Shown: positions 41,793 to 51,935 of the stretch, piece by piece
How positions within the stretch are numbered: position 1 is the first letter of the stretch
How the letters are laid out: each line of letters begins with the position of its first letter
Origin: Aulosira sp. ZfuVER01
GTDB taxonomy: Bacteria > Cyanobacteriota > Cyanobacteriia > Cyanobacteriales > Nostocaceae
Length of the DNA stretch: 64,000 nucleotides
Reading direction: 5' to 3'
NCBI GenBank assembly: GCA_034530615.2
Contig: JAVRCV020000052.1
Span: forward strand, 32,001-96,000
Notes under the pieces: generated by a model
The model's database searches: none
Seen by the model: the letters and a program-made list of their open reading frames with translations, nothing else
What the model was told of the DNA's origin: nothing
Translations under genes and position numbers: made by a program

Positions 41793-42920
41793 TTATAATT
41801 CAGCAACTGCGTAAATCATTTCCAAATAAATTGGCAACAACTTATCCCAACTAAAACGCTCATAAATAAAGCGATGACGCTGATAGAACTTCGATTTATC
41901 TTTGTTTGCTAACAGTACTTGGGTGATTAGATCTACTAAACTACCAGTTTTTGTGAAGTCACCAAAATATCCTTCATTTCCAAACGTATAGCGGGTAACT
42001 GCATAATCATGTACTATGCAGGGTAAACCATAAGACATTGCTTCTAAAAACACTCTTGCTAGTCCTTCACTAAGGGAAGCCAACACAAAAGTATCTGCAA
42101 CTCTGTAGTAATCTGCAACTTCATGGGAGGCTACAGTTCTCACTTGGAAATTTTCAGATCCCAATAAACTGTTACCCAGTTCGATAATTTCACCTGAACT
42201 TCCATCTTGTTGACCTAGCAGCAAAAGATAAGGACGTGTTTCAGGTAAACTAGCGACTTCACGAATTAAGTAATCCATGCGTTTATGGCTTTTGCTGATG
42301 TGACCTACAGAAAGTATCAAAGGTCTTTTTTCAGGTAATCCTAGTTTATTCCTTAAATACTCTTTTTCAGATGGTAAAAGCATTTGTAATTCAGCAGGTA
42401 TTTCCGCCCCAGCAGTAACTAGAGTTTGCTTTTGAGCCGATATCCCTGCATTTAAACAATTGTGGAGATGCTGAGGTGCAACTTGTTGTATGAGGTCACA
42501 GTTAGCAAAAATGGGAGATCGAGGCCGGAGTGGACCTCCATTGCAAAAAAGTAATTTATAGTTCTGTTTGCTAAAATCTCTCCAACGTGCAAGTAAATTA
42601 CCAATATCGTTATCACTAAAGTAAATTACATTTGGTTTTTCTCGCTGTATATATCTTAAGAGGCTAAAACAAAAAGATATTTGTTCAACTAAATAAGCAC
42701 TAGTCTTAGTGTACTTAGCTATCCTACAGGCTGTTCTAGTGTGGCGAGGCAAATTCCATAAAGGAATTTCTTGTGCTTGCGCTTTGCCACCACCTTTAAA
42801 AAGCGTAACTTCTAGAGAAGATTCTTTTGATAGTGCCTGAAATGCTTGCTGGGCAAAAGATTCATATCCACGCATAACATGGCCGAGACCTGTACATATT
42901 AGAAAAACTTTAAGTTTCAT
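41793..42920 (-). CDS. Glycosyltransferase family 4
   Basis: RGYES, LSVGHI...KRMD, FVLASLSEGLARVFLEAMSYGLP, FSW. Confidence 0.9.
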   Translation of the reverse strand: MKLKVFLICTGLGHVMRGYESFAQQAFQALSKESSLEVTLFKGGGKAQAQEIPLWNLPRHTRTACRIAKYTKTSAYLVEQISFCFSLLRYIQREKPNVIYFSDNDIGNLLARWRDFSKQNYKLLFCNGGPLRPRSPIFANCDLIQQVAPQHLHNCLNAGISAQKQTLVTAGAEIPAELQMLLPSEKEYLRNKLGLPEKRPLILSVGHISKSHKRMDYLIREVASLPETRPYLLLLGQQDGSSGEIIELGNSLLGSENFQVRTVASHEVADYYRVADTFVLASLSEGLARVFLEAMSYGLPCIVHDYAVTRYTFGNEGYFGDFTKTGSLVDLITQVLLANKDKSKFYQRHRFIYERFSWDKLLPIYLEMIYAVAEL

Positions 42921-42993
42921 TATTTGATGTCCATCTAAAAATTATTAATCATCAACAAGGCTCTGTACAATTTGATTATTACAAGTTCGCTGA

Positions 42994-43878
42994 TTACCAA
43001 TAATAAAAATAAAAGTTACTCAATGTTGCTATTCTTAAGCACCAATAACGATAATAGTAGCCAATATATTTATCTAATTTACGTTTCAGCTTTTGAATTA
43101 TAGAAGTTTTTTGATATTCAATCGCTTCATGCTGTTGAAAATAAATCAACTTTTCATCTAAATTCGCTTTTCCTTTTTGAACTTTATGCTTTTCTACCCA
43201 ATCCTTGAAATATACAATATCTTCCATAGCGTTCCATTTTACTGGCAGTCCTGCCTTAGCCGCAGCTAATCCTATTGCATAGCCTTCTGCATTATAAAAA
43301 CCATTTAACTCGCAATAATTGGCAATTGTTTCCCAATGTTTGATAAATTCGATTTCTCGTCCATCTTGTCTAGTCACTGCAAATAACATTTCCATAACAA
43401 ACTGGGTATTAGGATTTTCTAAATCTATATCCAGCTTTTTAGATAGCTTATTAAGAATGGCTAAATCTCTAATTCTCTTTGGTTTATGCGTATCATTTAC
43501 GGAATTAATATATGCTTGATTATGCTTGATAAGACTGGCACAACTTCTGGCAGTTATACCAGGTAGCCATTCTATATATGATGGTATATTGTCCAATATT
43601 CTGATATCTGCATCGACAAATATGCAGGTATTAAACAGTGATAGTGCCTTAGCAATTACAAACCTTTTATCATGGTAGCAACCTATACTCTGTTGTTGAT
43701 GTTCAAATGCTAAAACCTGAGAATAATTACTAAAGATTTTTGGCTGATCTGTTAAAACTACCAACTTTGTTCCAGGGGCATATTTTTCAATATCTTGGGC
43801 TAATAATAAGGCATGAGAGCGATATCTCTTGCCTAATGCTAATGTACAAAAACAATGTTTCTTATTTTCTAAAATCAT
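42994..43878 (-). CDS. Putative GT-A fold glycosyltransferase-like protein
   Basis: FCTLALG..Y, VLTDQP, YHDKRF, IFVDAD (DxD); ATG 43878 chosen. Confidence 0.65.
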   Translation of the reverse strand: MILENKKHCFCTLALGKRYRSHALLLAQDIEKYAPGTKLVVLTDQPKIFSNYSQVLAFEHQQQSIGCYHDKRFVIAKALSLFNTCIFVDADIRILDNIPSYIEWLPGITARSCASLIKHNQAYINSVNDTHKPKRIRDLAILNKLSKKLDIDLENPNTQFVMEMLFAVTRQDGREIEFIKHWETIANYCELNGFYNAEGYAIGLAAAKAGLPVKWNAMEDIVYFKDWVEKHKVQKGKANLDEKLIYFQQHEAIEYQKTSIIQKLKRKLDKYIGYYYRYWCLRIATLSNFYFYYW

Positions 43879-44369
43879 TTCTTTTAAACTAAATTTTGAT
43901 ACTTTTAATAAGCTAAAATTTTTACGAAATTTTAACGCAAATCCAAGGAAAGATTTGCTTTTTACCAAACATATATTTAGTGGAAGTACTGAGTTTTTAA
44001 GTCTTATGTATTTCTTATATTAATGGGAGTAAATATTCAAATGTATAAACTTTCAGTAAAAACTTTTACGTATTTGATAAAAATTCAAACTTCCAAAACT
44101 AAATAAAGGAAAAAGTATGCAATTTAATCGGTGTATACTTAAGCAAATATCAGTTTTACACTAAGAATCAATGTAAAAATTAATCAGCATCTTGTAAAAA
44201 CACGTCTGTTTTCTGACTATAATGTGGTTCAAATAAGTAAAACTTATGTAAAAAATAATACTTCTAAATATATTGATGCTTAAAAAAATAAATGCTCACC
44301 ACACTATGAAATCAATTCAGTGCGGTGAGCAGTTAAATTTATTTCTTTGAGGGTTAATGGTTCTAATAC

Positions 44370-44744
44370 CTAAGACAAAGAATCTAAATCCAGAGATTGC
44401 ATACCTTGGCGCTCCACAAATTCCAGCATACTTCCCAACTGTACCCAAAGTAGCAAACAAGTCAGTAAACCAACTGGTAAGCCTACTCCTAAAGCGAGGA
44501 GGGTGGGAAAGCCAAATATCTCGAAACCTGAGTAGAGAAAGAGGCAAATACCACCAGTGATACCCAGAAATGGCACAACAAGTTGTTTTAATGGGGAACG
44601 CGGTTTAACATTTTCTGCGCGATCGCTTGGCCATTTTTGAACAATTACTTTTAAAGTCCCAGATAAGGCTACACCCGAGGTTAATGCTGTTAATAAACCA
44701 ACAAGTAGTAGGAAATATGGCGGATGCAGAGGGTAATAGTACAT
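44370..44744 (-). CDS. Hypothetical membrane protein
   Basis: Three hydrophobic segments; AGGAG RBS. Confidence 0.75.
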   Translation of the reverse strand: MYYYPLHPPYFLLLVGLLTALTSGVALSGTLKVIVQKWPSDRAENVKPRSPLKQLVVPFLGITGGICLFLYSGFEIFGFPTLLALGVGLPVGLLTCLLLWVQLGSMLEFVERQGMQSLDLDSLS

Positions 44745-44796
44745 GAACACTCCTAATTTGTAAAGAAATTTAACAGTAATTTGGCGTTTTTACTTG

Positions 44797-46521
44797 TTAG
44801 TTTTGACCTTGGACTCCATTACCACCAAAAGTCATAAAGGATGTAGCTTTTGGTAGGATGGCGGCTGCGCCTTCTCTAGATAACTCTGTTAAAAAACCGA
44901 TCGCTACATCGAATAAACGATTGGGCTGTAAGTCATCTTTCACCAGATTCCACAGGCGTTGAACTTCTTCTGTGTGCAGACGGTCATCTTCAGTGAGGGC
45001 TAGCACCAATTGCTTACGGAGAAACTTACCTTCTTCAGACAGTAGAAATTGCAAACCCATCTGGGCTGTAGGTAAGACATCAAAACTGCCATCAGTACGA
45101 GCGATCGCAATTAAATTCTCTAACCGCTGCCACTGGAATTTACCATCTTTAAACAGCACATTTAATAACCGCCGCCTTAATTCGGGAGATTCTCCGGTCA
45201 ACAACCGTCGTGCGATATAGGGATAACCAACCTCAACAATTTTGAAATTTGGATTGAGGCTCAGGGCAATACCTTCTTGGGTAACTAGGGAACGAATAAT
45301 CAAAGCAAACTTCGCTGGAACTCGGAAAGGATATTCATACATTAATTCCGAGAACTCATCGGTAATCGTTTTGAAGTTAAAATCCCCGACGTTTTTGCCG
45401 ATGGCGTTCCCCAAGACAGATTCTAATGCTGGGACAATCGGGCAAATATTTGTGTCTGGGGTGAGAAAACCCAACTTCACAAAGTCTGCGGCTAAGTCAG
45501 AGTAATCTTTATTCACCAGATGCACTAAAGCATCAACTAGAGTTTCTTTGGTGTTTTCCTCCAGTTGATCCATCATCCCAAAGTCTATGTAAGCCATCCG
45601 ACCATCGGGTATGGCAAACAAATTCCCTGGATGGGGGTCAGCATGGAAGAAGCCGTGTTCTAATAGCTGTTGTAAACCGGAGGTTACACCGATTTTGATG
45701 ATTTCCTCTGGATCTAAACCGGCTGCGCGGATGCTTTGCGTATCTGTTAGCTTAAAGCCGTTAATCCATTCCAGAGTTAAAACACGGCTATTGGTATAAC
45801 GCCAATAAATACTGGGGACTTTGACACTGGGATCATCGCGGAAGTTGTGCGCAAATTTTTCTGCGTTGCGACCTTCATTGATGTAGTCAATTTCCTCAAA
45901 TAACTTTGTGCCAAACTCGTCCACAATTAATGTAAGGTCGTGACCGAGATTGAGAGGTAACCAAGGCGCTAGCCAAGTTGCACCCCAACGCATGAGATAC
46001 AGGTCACGTGTCAAAGTTGGTCGTAAGTTAGGGCGTTGCACCTTCACTGCTACTTCTTCGCCACTGTGCAAACGACCGCGATAGACTTGACCTAAGCTAG
46101 CAGCGGCTACGGGTTTAGGTGACAGTTCGGTAAATACTTCGCGAACTGGGCGATCGAGTTCGGTTTCGATAATCTGATAGGCTAGTGCATTATCGAAAGC
46201 TGGCAATTGGTCTTGCAGCTTGACCAATTCTTCTAAGAAGTCTTTCCGTATCAGATCGGGTCTGGTCGATAGGGCTTGACCAACTTTAATAAAAGTAGGG
46301 CCAAGGCCAGTGAGCAGTTCTCGTAATTGAGTGGCGCGTTTTCTCTTGTTCTGCTCTACTTGATTTTGCCATTCATCCCACTTCAGACTAATGATAAATC
46401 CAGCAAATGACAAGATAATTCTCAGTAAGCGCCCCCAAGCTAGCCAGGGACGGTAACGATAATAACTAGCGATCGCGTCTGGATTGTAGCGCCTTAGCTG
46501 AGCAGATTGATACTGACCCAC
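44797..46521 (-). CDS. ABC1/AarF/UbiB family atypical kinase
   Basis: LGPTFIKVGQ, AAASLGQVY, VAVKVQRP, FFHADPHPGN, IDFGM; start uncertain (GTG 46521 or 46578). Confidence 0.93.
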   Translation of the reverse strand: MGQYQSAQLRRYNPDAIASYYRYRPWLAWGRLLRIILSFAGFIISLKWDEWQNQVEQNKRKRATQLRELLTGLGPTFIKVGQALSTRPDLIRKDFLEELVKLQDQLPAFDNALAYQIIETELDRPVREVFTELSPKPVAAASLGQVYRGRLHSGEEVAVKVQRPNLRPTLTRDLYLMRWGATWLAPWLPLNLGHDLTLIVDEFGTKLFEEIDYINEGRNAEKFAHNFRDDPSVKVPSIYWRYTNSRVLTLEWINGFKLTDTQSIRAAGLDPEEIIKIGVTSGLQQLLEHGFFHADPHPGNLFAIPDGRMAYIDFGMMDQLEENTKETLVDALVHLVNKDYSDLAADFVKLGFLTPDTNICPIVPALESVLGNAIGKNVGDFNFKTITDEFSELMYEYPFRVPAKFALIIRSLVTQEGIALSLNPNFKIVEVGYPYIARRLLTGESPELRRRLLNVLFKDGKFQWQRLENLIAIARTDGSFDVLPTAQMGLQFLLSEEGKFLRKQLVLALTEDDRLHTEEVQRLWNLVKDDLQPNRLFDVAIGFLTELSREGAAAILPKATSFMTFGGNGVQGQN

Positions 46522-46794
46522 GCTTTTATTTGCCTCTTCAACTGGGAAATTTACACTTTTTTTGTTGGTTTCCAACACTACTTGCTAGTTGCAAGTACTA
46601 GATACCGAGAGTTTTTATAAAACACAATAAAGCTTTACCCATTTCTGGATAGTTTTACGGCAATATTTAGCCTGCTTTACTGCTGAGATTTTGTTATCTT
46701 TTTCTTAATTATACTTTAGAAAAGTACAAATATTCCTTCTCTATAAGGATTTTGGGTATTTATGTAATATTAAATACAATTGTGTATGGAGAAT

Positions 46795-46831
46795 TGGGCA
46801 TGGGGCATGGGGCATTGGGCATTGGGCATTG
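46795..46831. repeat. STRR-type heptamer array (GGGCATK)x5
   Basis: tgggcatggggcatggggcattgggcattgggcattg. Confidence 0.85.
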
Positions 46832-46901
46832 AGTATGATTCATAATTCTCCTTGTCTCCCTTGTCTTCCTTTTCTCTTTCTCTGCTTCTAAAGACAAACG
46901 C

Positions 46902-47336
46902 CTAAAGCCACTCCCCGCCACGGAAACGCCAACGAAGAAAGATGATGCGCATGAGGCTTTGGGAGGCAATGAAAACTGCTAGCCAAACTATGCTGTAATG
47001 CAGGAGAAAAACTTGTGGTGGTAGTTCCTCTTTAGGTATGGGTATTGCTAAGAAGCCAAAAAGTTTGACGCCACAGAAAATAAATATAAATTCCCAGATG
47101 CCGACAAAGAGTTGATAAGCTGCGGGCCAGTCCCGATCCCAACGGAATTTTTGCAGATAGTTATAAAGTACATCCCAACCTAAGCCGAAGATGGCGACAT
47201 AGGTAAGTATCCAGAAATAAGCTGAGTTCGGGCCAGGGCCAATTAAACCGACTGCAAAAGGTAATGAGACTAATACACCTATAGTTGCTAGTAGTAATAA
47301 TCGAGTTTGCCACCGACCAAATAAAGTTGGAGTCAT
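46902..47336 (-). CDS. Hypothetical Trp/Arg-rich membrane protein
   Basis: MTPTLFGRWQTR..., four TM segments, QKFRWDRDWP, RWRFRGGEW. Confidence 0.8.
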   Translation of the reverse strand: MTPTLFGRWQTRLLLLATIGVLVSLPFAVGLIGPGPNSAYFWILTYVAIFGLGWDVLYNYLQKFRWDRDWPAAYQLFVGIWEFIFIFCGVKLFGFLAIPIPKEELPPQVFLLHYSIVWLAVFIASQSLMRIIFLRWRFRGGEWL

Positions 47337-47383
47337 GAGAGTGCTGAGTACTGAGTTTAATTGAGCTTTATCATACTCATATT

Positions 47384-47412
47384 AAAAAACTCCACAAGAT
47401 TGTGGAGCTTTT
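47384..47412 (-). terminator. Hairpin terminator after GDSL gene
   Basis: CTCCACAA/TTGTGGAG stem with adjacent A-run (U-tract on the minus strand). Confidence 0.6.
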
Positions 47413-47432
47413 CGTAAAAATGGGAATTTTGT

Positions 47433-48143
47433 TTAAACCGATACGGGAGAATGGTAGGTTGCGAGTGCTTCCCAATTGCTTACATCTTCTAACAACGCTT
47501 GATAACCTAGTGTGTTGGGGTGAAGTCCATCGTCACTGATACGTTTGCGCCGCCAAAGTTCACCGCGTTCCATCCATTGGTCGAAAATATCGAGATAGGG
47601 AATTCGGTGTTTATTGCAAGCAATTCTAGTGGCTTCTTTGTAGCGGTACTGATCGGCATGATTGTAGTAGAAGCAATCTAGAAATGGCATTTTGGTTTCA
47701 TCAACAGGAACCATGCCAACAAATACTACAGGACAGAGTTGTTGCGCTTGTTCTAGTAGTTCGGCTATTTCTGATTCAAATAAACCGAAATCTGTATAAT
47801 TTCGCCCATTAGGACGAGATAAGCGCGCTGAATCATTTACCCCTACCGACAAAATAATCAAGTCTGGAACACGATTTCGCAGTTCACCTCGATGACGAAA
47901 TTCTACTTCTAGCCTTTGGGCGACTTGCTGGGTGCGATCGCCTCTTACTCCCAGGTTATAAAGAACATGACCAGTACTATCCGGTAACATCCACTGTCGC
48001 CGTAGTTGTTCGACCCAGCCTCCTTTGTCCGGATCGCCAAATCCATATACTAAGCTATCCCCCAGTGCGATAATCTTCAAAGGCTGACAATGGTTTGGAG
48101 CTATAGACAGCTGCATTGAGGAAGGTCGCTCGAATGTTTGCAT
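47433..48143 (-). CDS. GDSL/SGNH esterase/lipase
   Basis: GDSLVYG, NLGVRGD, GVND, DGLHP. Confidence 0.93.
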   Translation of the reverse strand: MQTFERPSSMQLSIAPNHCQPLKIIALGDSLVYGFGDPDKGGWVEQLRRQWMLPDSTGHVLYNLGVRGDRTQQVAQRLEVEFRHRGELRNRVPDLIILSVGVNDSARLSRPNGRNYTDFGLFESEIAELLEQAQQLCPVVFVGMVPVDETKMPFLDCFYYNHADQYRYKEATRIACNKHRIPYLDIFDQWMERGELWRRKRISDDGLHPNTLGYQALLEDVSNWEALATYHSPVSV

Positions 48144-48212
48144 CTTAAAAAAGACTATATTTTATATCTTTACAAGATTCTATACATTTCTACACCATTA
48201 CAAAGTATATTT

Positions 48213-49103
48213 CTACTCCCTACTTTGGGAAGAGTTGATAAAGTAAGGAACTAAAGCATCTTTGCGCGGCCAATTGCGATAGAGAAATCGCACTAGCAAA
48301 GGCAGCGAAATGAGCATAAGTACAACGCCAACCCACCAGCTAGAACGTAGTTGTTCTAAAAGGTTCACTGTGGAAGTAGTAGTCTTTGAACCACTGGATA
48401 ATAACCCCATTCCTACTGCTACTGAATTGTTGAACGCATGGCAGGCGATCGGTACAATGAGCGTGCGGGTTTTGATATATAAAACCCCCATGATGATGCC
48501 GAAAAGGGTCAATCCTAGCACATTGGCGTGTAAAATTCCGAACAATAGTCCAGAAAAAACTAAGGCAGATTGAATACCCCATTTAGTTGCCCAGCGCTGC
48601 AAGATAATACCTCTAAAAATAAATTCCTCAGTGATTGGCGCAATTACTATGTATACTATCCCTGCTAGTAGGTTATAAAATGGTGGTGAAGTAGTCCCAG
48701 GGGATGGCCTGCTAGCAAGTTGGTGCATGACACTTTCTACAAAAGTAGGTGCTGCTAATGAGAGTAAATAAAACGACACCAAATAGGCACTGAGGGAAAA
48801 TAGAATAATCAATAAAACTAAGCCGACCATCGGCAGCCATTTATGCTTGTTTGGTACTCGTCCGACTACATATTTAAGTTCAATGCCAAAGCGATTAAAA
48901 TCTGTTAGTTCCCAAAGGCACAGAAATCCAAAAATAAAAATGTAGAGGACTAACGTGACGATTTTAGTATTGAATTTTACACCACTAAACCCTTGAACCA
49001 CCCCTAGAGCAATACCAATACCAATCGTTAATAGTAAACCCCGCAAAAATAAATTGCGAACCTTGAGCTTCAGGAATGGATGAGGAGAATTCTCAGGTGT
49101 CAT
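48213..49103 (-). CDS. CPBP (CAAX/Abi) intramembrane metalloprotease
   Basis: PITEEFIFRG, FGILH, HAFNN; multi-TM. Confidence 0.92.
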   Translation of the reverse strand: MTPENSPHPFLKLKVRNLFLRGLLLTIGIGIALGVVQGFSGVKFNTKIVTLVLYIFIFGFLCLWELTDFNRFGIELKYVVGRVPNKHKWLPMVGLVLLIILFSLSAYLVSFYLLSLAAPTFVESVMHQLASRPSPGTTSPPFYNLLAGIVYIVIAPITEEFIFRGIILQRWATKWGIQSALVFSGLLFGILHANVLGLTLFGIIMGVLYIKTRTLIVPIACHAFNNSVAVGMGLLSSGSKTTTSTVNLLEQLRSSWWVGVVLMLISLPLLVRFLYRNWPRKDALVPYFINSSQSRE

Positions 49104-49146
49104 AAATTAATTGTGGGCGATCGCCTATAGTTTTGTTAGCTGTCAC

Positions 49147-51105
49147 CTAGGTGGGAGACTGATTAAATACCCACTTCAACCACTGGCTAAAAGAACTTAG
49201 AGCATTCAAACGCTTCACTCCAGGGGCACGGGCAGCAGCGAGTCCATCAACGGCAACTAATGCGGCATACTGCAAGCCTAAAAAGCTATCAACTGCTGCA
49301 TAAGGGCCACCGAGGGTAATTGCACCTGCGGCATACATTTGACCTTTCGTGTTACGCATTTCTACTAGCTCAAAGTTGTTGGCGACAACTAATCGCCCTA
49401 GGTGATTGAGAGGCAGACTGTAGTGTTTCACTAGGTCATCTAATAGAGGATTAGTTTGAACTTTGGCATCTAAGCCAGTGGCATCAATAATAAAGTCAGC
49501 CTCCAGTTTCATTTCTCCCAAGCCTTTTTCACGGATATGGGTAATGGTGCGGTTTTGGCTACCTTGTTCTACACCTAGTACTTCCCCAAAGGTAATTTGA
49601 TACCAGCCTTCGCTTAATCCTTGTTCTGTAATTCGCTGCCAATCGTAACGATCGGCGGTGGTAGTGCCACCCCAATCTGCTAGGAGGCTTTTGCGTTCAT
49701 CGGGACTAGCTTTTTCTAACATGACGCGCAGTTCACCACTCCAACAAGCTTTCGGCCAGTTAAAGGGCTGAAATTCATAATGATTTTTCACTGCACGTTG
49801 GGCTTTTTGGAATTTGTTGCCTTGGGGTTTAGGCGATCGCATTAAGTGCAAAACTGTAATATTACGGTTCTTCTTACGCGCTTCATAAATTCGCTGCACA
49901 ATCCGCGAAGCTACAATTCCTCGCCCTCGCAGTAACACCGTACCACCCTGTTGCTCTAGCTGCTGATAAACACCATCGTGTTCTTCATACGCATTCACAA
50001 CAGCTTTAAAGTCTTGATATTTTTCTCTATAAGCTTGTAAATCTGGTAAAAACTGAATCGCTGGATAGCCTGTTGCCAAGTGCAAATAACGTGTTATTAA
50101 AAAAGCATAATTTCTCGGGCCGCGAGAATAAGCGACGCAATATCTCCCATCTTCAGTTTTGCGAATTGCCCTCACTCGCCCATATCTATATATTTGTTGC
50201 CAGCCAATACGCTTCGCTTCCCTATCAATGGAATCAAAGACATTACCAGCACGGGGAGTATAAGTATCTACAAATGTTGGTTCAGCAAACACTTGCCATA
50301 AATATTTAAATGCTGAGTTGGGTTTACCTTGGGTAAAATCATGCCAAGCTTCTCTTAAAGCATAGCTAGGCCAGCCCCAAATGTTATCAGGACAGGAGTC
50401 TGAATTAGACCGTAATCTTTCATGTAAAGGAATTTGGGAATTTAAACAGAGGCGCTTATAACGGGCATAAGGTTCAGCTTCTAATCCCAAAGCCACAATT
50501 TTGTCAGCCCGGACACCACTAAGTCGCAGCAAATCCGTCCAGACAAAGCTACCCAATCCTGCCCCGACTGCGAGATAATCGCATTCATCTACAGGTAAGC
50601 CTGTAGCGTGAAGCGCTTGCACAACTACCTGCTGTTCCTGAAATGCTGGTGGCGGAAAATTACTACCGAGTGGTGTTACAACTGGGGTAGCCGGTAAACT
50701 GGGATCTGGGATATTGGTATTGGGATTAAACTGAATAGCTGAAGGCGGGCTGGTAGGTGGTATAGGTGCGTTGATACTAAAAGTCACCGCGATCGTGTAA
50801 GGGCCAATTTGTACCGTGTCACCGTTAGCCACAACGCTGCGTGTTTGTCGTTGTCCGTTAACAAATACACCGTTGACACTACCTTGATCGGTCACTACCA
50901 GTTGATTTTGTTCCCAATCAATTAAGGCATGGTAGCGAGAAACTTCATTACTATTCAGCAGCATTCGCGAGACACGCTCTCCCCTCAATTCTGTTGGTAA
51001 GCGTGCAAATTCCCGACCAAAAGCGATCGGTACACTTAATCTAGGTTCTCTTCGTTCTCCTGTAGCTGGATCGTCCCAACTTAATTGAATATGTAAGTTT
51101 GTCAT
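49147..51105 (-). CDS. FHA domain fused to FAD/NAD(P)-binding oxidoreductase-like domain
   Basis: FHA FGR..VSRYHA..GSVNG; Pro-rich linker; AVGAGLG, LATGY, GRGIVA, IDATG, YAAGA flavoprotein motifs. Confidence 0.8.
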   Translation of the reverse strand: MTNLHIQLSWDDPATGERREPRLSVPIAFGREFARLPTELRGERVSRMLLNSNEVSRYHALIDWEQNQLVVTDQGSVNGVFVNGQRQTRSVVANGDTVQIGPYTIAVTFSINAPIPPTSPPSAIQFNPNTNIPDPSLPATPVVTPLGSNFPPPAFQEQQVVVQALHATGLPVDECDYLAVGAGLGSFVWTDLLRLSGVRADKIVALGLEAEPYARYKRLCLNSQIPLHERLRSNSDSCPDNIWGWPSYALREAWHDFTQGKPNSAFKYLWQVFAEPTFVDTYTPRAGNVFDSIDREAKRIGWQQIYRYGRVRAIRKTEDGRYCVAYSRGPRNYAFLITRYLHLATGYPAIQFLPDLQAYREKYQDFKAVVNAYEEHDGVYQQLEQQGGTVLLRGRGIVASRIVQRIYEARKKNRNITVLHLMRSPKPQGNKFQKAQRAVKNHYEFQPFNWPKACWSGELRVMLEKASPDERKSLLADWGGTTTADRYDWQRITEQGLSEGWYQITFGEVLGVEQGSQNRTITHIREKGLGEMKLEADFIIDATGLDAKVQTNPLLDDLVKHYSLPLNHLGRLVVANNFELVEMRNTKGQMYAAGAITLGGPYAAVDSFLGLQYAALVAVDGLAAARAPGVKRLNALSSFSQWLKWVFNQSPT

Positions 51106-51153
51106 TGGTCATTAGTCATTTGTAATGGGGCATGGGGCATTGGGCATTGGGCA
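51100..51153. repeat. Heptamer arrays (GTCATTN)x3 and (GGGCATK)n
   Basis: gtcattggtcattagtcattt then ggggcatggggcattgggcattgggca. Confidence 0.8.
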
Positions 51154-51209
51154 AGACTTATTAGTTAATTCCTCCTTGTCCTCCTTGTCCCTCTGCTCCC
51201 TGCTTCTCT

Positions 51210-51809
51210 TCAATGATTCGGTGCAACTAATACACTAACTGCGGCGGCTAAGGATGTTCCACACCAAGGACAGCCAACTTGCAGATTCTCAGTGGGGGAG
51301 ATTTTATGACATTTGGGACACTCTAAGCCATAAACACCTGGTGGTGGTACGGGAGGTGTTGGTGGATGTTGGTGATGTCTAATTTGTACCTGTGGTTGTT
51401 GGTTGATTGGGGGTCTGGTGGGATGGGTACTTGCGATCGCTGGGGTTGGAGGTGTCAAAATTGTTGGCGGAATACTGTTAAGGGAAATGGCTGTGACTTT
51501 GACTTCCATTTGTCCTAATTGAATAATGCTACCTTCTCTTAAGGGCAGTTCGCCTTGAACTAGTTGTTGTCTATCTACTAAAGGGGGATTTTGCGATCGC
51601 AGGTTCCTGATATAGAAGCTTTGCTGCTGGCGGTGAAAAAAGATTTCTACGTGCAGACCAGATACAGTAGGGTTAGTTACAACAATGTCGCACCGGATTG
51701 GATCTCGACCGATGCGGACAGTACCAGGATTTTTGCTTGGTTGTTGTTCGTAAATGTTCTGTGTTTTTTCTTGACCTGCATCGTGCCACTCTAAAGTTAG
51801 TGCATTCAT
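51210..51809 (-). CDS. FHA domain protein with Pro-rich linker and C-terminal zinc ribbon
   Basis: IGRD..VSGLH..SQN; CPKC...CPWC. Confidence 0.85.
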   Translation of the reverse strand: MNALTLEWHDAGQEKTQNIYEQQPSKNPGTVRIGRDPIRCDIVVTNPTVSGLHVEIFFHRQQQSFYIRNLRSQNPPLVDRQQLVQGELPLREGSIIQLGQMEVKVTAISLNSIPPTILTPPTPAIASTHPTRPPINQQPQVQIRHHQHPPTPPVPPPGVYGLECPKCHKISPTENLQVGCPWCGTSLAAAVSVLVAPNH

Positions 51810-51935
51810 TGTTCTAACTTGTAACTTTTATTTGGTTACTTCAACTCCTTTCTGTGCGATTCCTAACACGACTCGGCAGGTGCAAGCAAGCATTTAGAAA
51901 AAACTTCAAACAAAATAATGTATATCATCTCCACT

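Noticed and set aside
46760..46969. 69-aa ORF containing QCPMPNAPCPMPN
   Set aside because: Produced by the heptamer and nonamer repeats and overlaps the real membrane-protein gene
48213..49103. CPBP 'Abi' protease as a phage abortive-infection gene
   Set aside because: The Abi label for this family is historical; nothing in the sequence supports a defence role
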